Shown piece by piece: positions 59,518-64,000 of a stretch of DNA of 64,000 nucleotides. The DNA is taken from contig OY760686.1 of the NCBI GenBank assembly GCA_963663865.1, forward strand, positions 512,001 through 576,000. The letters are read 5' to 3'. The notes under the pieces are model-generated. The model did no database searches, had not been told where the DNA came from, and saw only the letters and a list, made by a program, of their open reading frames with translations. This DNA comes from Spirochaetota bacterium (GTDB lineage Bacteria > Spirochaetota > UBA4802 > UBA5550). A program made the translations under genes and the position numbers. The stretch's first letter is position 1, and each line of letters begins with the position of its first letter.

Positions 59518-61724
59518 TTACTGATATGTCAAACCGAAACCTGCCTCAAAGGCCGGATTCAGCGTGTCATCTGCTACGTCCTCAAGCTGGGCTTCCACTT
59601 CAGTGTCAGAAGAGGGCAGCTCAAATGGCAGTTTGCCTGATGGTTTCAGCCCCTCGTAGGCGAAGATCATGTCAAGAACAGCCTCATCAGTTGCTCCGAA
59701 AGACAGGAGAAGCGCGTCAACCTTATCAACATATTCTTTGACAACAACAGGCCTGTCAGCGTTGACGATTACTACGAGTTTGGTCACTGCTGAGGCGTCA
59801 TCAATCGCCTTTCTCGCGCTGAGGACCTTTTCAAGCTGACCGATATTGCCGGCTATTTCAACGTCTTCGTACAGGACACCAAGAGGATCGGTATAATCCG
59901 CGGGAGTAATGCCGTACTCTGTATCCGGAGCTTCATCGATGTACTGAAGCGACCTGCTGCTCGGACCGACATAGCCCATAAAGGCAGGTTCAGTCGGATA
60001 GAATATTGAATAGGAAGGTCCGTTAATACGGATAACAGCGATGTCGGCCTGTGTAATGTCAGTAACGACTTCCGCTTCGTACCCGCCTTCGATGAAGTCG
60101 GCAAAGACGCTATCAGTACCGCTGGAATTCCCTTCGTAGTAAATCTTTGAAGAGGCAGAGGCAGGCAGGGCTGAGCTGTTTTTCAGCAGGACCATTGATT
60201 TGTGCATGGCGTCAAGACCCGCTGCTTTGTTTTCGTCACTGTTGCAAATCGAAGCTGCAGCTTCCACGTCGGTATAGGGGTTTTCAAACATACCGATCGT
60301 GAAATATGATCTGAGGATATTACTGCATGCCCTGTCGAGGTCGTCCTCGGTCATAAAGCCTTCAGTGATCGCGCCTTTGATGTCATCAAGTGTTCCGTGT
60401 CCGCCAAGCTGATCCATGCCCGCTTTGATTGCCTTCCCTATTTTCGCTTCGGGAGAGAGATCCTCTACTCCCCAGGAAGCGTACGAGCCGGGGATAATCA
60501 TCCCATAACCGCTGTTATATATTCCAAAGAGTCCCCAGTCGGAGGTGTAAAAGCCTTCGAATCCGAGCTCATCGCGCCCGAGGGTTGTGAGTATCTCTTC
60601 ATTGAATCCCGCGGCTACCTGCTCGAAGTCCTGGTCCTTGTAAATAGAATAGCAGGGCATTGAACCGGCAGCATTTGCTTCGGCAAATGCCTTCTGGAAT
60701 GGATAGACGTGCTCATCAAAGTTGTCTCCGGGATTTACGACATATTGGCCTAATGCGTAGTGCGAATCGTATCCTTTGACCTGAGCACCGTGGCCGGGGA
60801 AATGCTTTACCGTACAGATGATGCCGCCGGGCTGAAGAGAGTCGCCGCCCTGGAATCCCTTGATGAGTTCTACAATGTGTTCAGCTATGGTTTCAGAGTC
60901 TGATCCCATGGTTTCATTTATACGCTGCCATCTTGGTTCTGTAGCGAGGTCGGCAACGGGTCCGAAAAGGCACCTGATACCGAGGGCTTTGAACTCCGCT
61001 TTTGCTATAGACGCGAAGTCCTTTGTTACTTCGACGTCATTCACCGCACCCAGGCCGATCGCGAAAGGCCACTGGGATATGTTTGATGTGGCGTTGTTGT
61101 TAGTGCCGTGTACGGGGTTTGAGCTGACAACAAAGGGAATGGCGAGCGAGCTTGCCTCGCAGAGCTTATTCAGGTTGTTGATATAAGCAGCAGTTGCTTG
61201 AGGAAGAGCCGGCGAACTTAGCATTCCGAACCTTCTATGTAAGTCTGTAATATCAGTAATATCTGTGCTGTCTTCTGCTATTGAGCCGTCAGGAGTTTTT
61301 ACACCTGCGATTGAGGGCGCGTTGATAAAGCCTGCTCTTTCGTCAAGAGACATCTTGCTGACAAGGTGTCCGCTGCTCTCTCGCTGACGCTGAGTCTCCA
61401 GTCCTCGTAGTCGTCAAGTGCCCCGTTACCGTTTAGGTCCTTAAATGTGTAGGTAACGGCGGTTCCTTCCGAGTCTGTTACGTCAACAGTCAGTTTGTTT
61501 TTCGCTACCCCTTCTCCGATGACGATTTCGGGTTGAGCAAATACACCGTTAACACAGTACACGCTTTCACCCACGGTACATGCTGTTCCGTCTGGATAGG
61601 TAATCTTTTCCTCTTTGTCGTCGTCATCATCGCCGCAGGCGGTGAACAGCATCGACAGGGACAGGAAGCAGAAGAGCATCATTGATAGTGCCCTGAATGA
61701 GACTGAAACGTTTTTTTGCATCAT
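59518..61724 (-). pseudogene. GH3 lipoprotein paralog #4, split by a 2-nt frameshift
   Basis: The N-terminal ORF (ATG 61724, lipobox FTAC) and the C-terminal ORF 59518..61353 join if the extra AC at 61366-61367 (GAC-AC-CTT-GTC-AGC-AAG-ATG) is removed. That gives ERAADLVSKM, matching ERAEDLVARM of paralog #3. Confidence 0.85.
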
Positions 61725-61835
61725 AAGCCTCCAAAAAAATAGTGAGTTGTAGGGCTGGGAACGGTACGGACTCAAATCTCCTGAAAATTACGCTATCGGC
61801 AGGCAGACGGATCCCGGACTGACACAGCCTGTCGC

Positions 61836-61878
61836 ATAATAAAGCGGATTTTTGCGTTTGTCGTCCTGTCCGACAAGG
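61836..61878 (-). promoter_or_regulatory. Putative regulator site overlapping -35, with -10 TATTAT
   Basis: Minus strand CCTTGTCGGACAGGACGACA-N17-TATTAT; matches 45057-45076. Confidence 0.55.
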
Positions 61879-61905
61879 AAGGACTTCTTTTTCAGGAAAG
61901 GCGGA

Positions 61906-63999
61906 CTATTTTCCGGGTGCGGGAAAAAGCCTGTTTAAAAGGTCAGTGAGGTTTTGCAGAGTATAGGGCTTATTGATGCTGTCATCGAAGTTAAAGTTCT
62001 GTGGTGACGCCATTACTGGATTGTCTGAGTAGCCGCTGGAGGCAATCGTTATAGTTTCCGGGCATATATTCTTTACTGCCGTAACGGCCTCGACCCCTCC
62101 GGCTTCTCCGGGGATGGTCAGGTCCATAATGGCAATGCGGTAGGGTGCCCCGTTTTTCATGGCCATGCGGGCCATTTCAATTGCATCGTTACCATTCGGG
62201 GCCTCATCACAGTCATAGCCCATTCCCGTGAGCATTTCACAGGTAATTTCTCTGATGTGATCTTCATCGTCCATCACGAGAACTCGGCCTTTCCCCGAGT
62301 GACGGGAGGCCGTTGAGGTTTCCTCCCGGCTGGATATGGAATCTGCCGTGGGGAGTACGATGGAAATAGTTGTTCCCACGGAATCGGTCGGTTCAAGGAA
62401 AATGTCGCCGCCGTGTTTTTTGATTATAGAATAGGCGGTCGCGAGGCCGAGACCGTTTCCGCCCGGTCTGGTGCTGAAGAACGGGTCGAATATTTTCGGC
62501 TGGATATCCTCCGGGATGCCGGGGCCCGTGTCGGTGAAGGAAATCTTGATGCAGCTGTCGCCGGCTCCGTAGTAGCCCTCCCTGTTCTCAATATTACGAA
62601 CAACTATGTTAAGCCTGCCTCCATCGGGCATAGCCTGAACGGCATTTATAACAATGTTGTCCACCGCCTGGCCGAACTGGTTGTGGTCGATGCTGCACGG
62701 CTTGATGCCGTTTTCAAAGTCAAAGCAGGCTATAACCTTCGACCCGCTGAGGGCAAATTGAGCAGCTTCCCTGACTACCGGGAGTATGTCCATGTTCTTT
62801 CTTACCGGGTTGCCGCCCCTCGAGAAGGTCAGCAGCTGCCTGGTCAGGTCAGTGGCCCTGTTGAGGCCGCCCAGGGCCTTGTCCAGATACTTCAGCGCCT
62901 TGCTGTCCGCGGGAACGGCAGCGCGGCAGAGGTCTATGTAGCCGAAGATAATGCCGAGAAGATTGTTGAAGTCATGCGCGATACCGCCGGCCAGTACTCC
63001 CAGAGATTCGAGCTTCTGGCTTCTGCTCATGAAGGTCTCGTTCTGTTTTCTCTGTGAAATGTCGCTAACAAATACAAGCGCGCCATTTTCTCCTTCAAAC
63101 TCAAACGGCACTGCCGAGACCTCCGCTGCAAAGGGAGTCCCGTCTAATTTGTAGTGGATTTGTTCCATGAGGGGAACATCTTTTTTTTCTTCATTGAGCA
63201 GTTTAAGCCTATCTCTGATCTTATCATGGAAGTCAGGATGAAAGCGCTCAAGGACGGAATGTCCCAAAAGTTCGTTCGCGCTTTGCGCCCCGAAGTGATT
63301 GAGAGCTGCCTGGTTAAGATAGGCAAACTTGCCGCCGGTCTGGGCGAAGATTGCGGCAGGGGCATTTTCAATAAGTGTACGGAACCTTGTCTCGCTGTCC
63401 ATGAGCTTTTTCTCAAAGAGCCTGGACTCTGTGATGTCAAGCGCGGAGAAGGTCGCTCCCTCCTCTGCCGAATCACGGTTAAGGCGGGTGTAGTTCAGGA
63501 GAACATTGATGACATGTCCGCTCTTCGTTACCCACTTTGTCTCAAGCGGAAGCGAGGTATTTTCTTTTACAATGCGGTCTTTCTCAAGGCCGATTCTGTG
63601 GTATTCTTCATCGCTTTCATAGAGCATCCTTGTGTTTGCACCGATGAGCTCATCACGCGAGTAACCTGTCATGGAAACAAGTTTATCGTTTGCCTCTGTG
63701 ATGTTCCTGTCGTTGACTATTCCGATGCCGGCGGGCGCTGATCTGAAAACGCTTTCAATTTTTTTTGCGGCCTTGATGAAGTTTTCTTCCGCTTCCTTTC
63801 TGTCGGAGATATCGAATATAATTGAAAGAAGATAAATCCTTCCGAGGCCATGGAAGGGCCCTGAGTAAACCTCGACTGTTTTGCTGCTCCCATCTTTTTT
63901 CCAGTGAACAAACTCAAAACGGTTAAGGCCGGTCAGCCTGACCTGTTCCATGAGGGATTTCAGCTTTTCGTCGGGCATTCTGTTTATAGAGGATATATG
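61906..63999 (-). CDS. Multi-PAS hybrid histidine kinase/response regulator (5' end outside the window)
   Basis: PAS repeats, H-box [10 protein letters not shown] box NIVINA, DTGPG, PFFST, GLGL, receiver VMDDE..IMDL..KPY. The frame is open to the window edge. Confidence 0.92.
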   Translation of the reverse strand, partial: HISSINRMPDEKLKSLMEQVRLTGLNRFEFVHWKKDGSSKTVEVYSGPFHGLGRIYLLSIIFDISDRKEAEENFIKAAKKIESVFRSAPAGIGIVNDRNITEANDKLVSMTGYSRDELIGANTRMLYESDEEYHRIGLEKDRIVKENTSLPLETKWVTKSGHVINVLLNYTRLNRDSAEEGATFSALDITESRLFEKKLMDSETRFRTLIENAPAAIFAQTGGKFAYLNQAALNHFGAQSANELLGHSVLERFHPDFHDKIRDRLKLLNEEKKDVPLMEQIHYKLDGTPFAAEVSAVPFEFEGENGALVFVSDISQRKQNETFMSRSQKLESLGVLAGGIAHDFNNLLGIIFGYIDLCRAAVPADSKALKYLDKALGGLNRATDLTRQLLTFSRGGNPVRKNMDILPVVREAAQFALSGSKVIACFDFENGIKPCSIDHNQFGQAVDNIVINAVQAMPDGGRLNIVVRNIENREGYYGAGDSCIKISFTDTGPGIPEDIQPKIFDPFFSTRPGGNGLGLATAYSIIKKHGGDIFLEPTDSVGTTISIVLPTADSISSREETSTASRHSGKGRVLVMDDEDHIREITCEMLTGMGYDCDEAPNGNDAIEMARMAMKNGAPYRIAIMDLTIPGEAGGVEAVTAVKNICPETITIASSGYSDNPVMASPQNFNFDDSINKPYTLQNLTDLLNRLFPAPGK

Positions 64000-64000
64000 C

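Overview
A 64 kb bacterial chromosomal window. The gene mix (CHASE2 cyclase-ctpA-tsaD, maf-coaE-SPOR, MMPL/LolA-like/outer-membrane operon, many lipoproteins) suggests a free-living spirochaete of Leptospirales type; that assignment is inference. Housekeeping genes (ctpA, tsaD, radC, nadB, tatD, pyrB, pyrC, coaE, ychF, rlmD-like) are interspersed with four paralogous GH3 beta-glucosidase-like lipoproteins. Two of these are followed by membrane-anchored AraC regulators, and one is frameshifted. A visibly AT-richer accessory region of about 9 kb (42171-51350) follows ychF. It is bracketed and interrupted by mosaic palindromic repeat clusters and carries two lipoproteins, a GH3-AraC pair, a dinJ/relB gene with a decayed yafQ, and an intact 391 aa IS110-family protein. 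That protein appears to have lost all DEDD RuvC residues and the catalytic serine. It sits behind a 20 bp promoter-like motif that is shared (18/20) with the upstream region of the paralogous GH3-AraC locus at 58-62 kb. This candidate domesticated, catalytically dead IS110 protein in a regulated operon is the most notable observation. I saw no tRNA, rRNA or CRISPR array. All calls are by eye, with no database searches.
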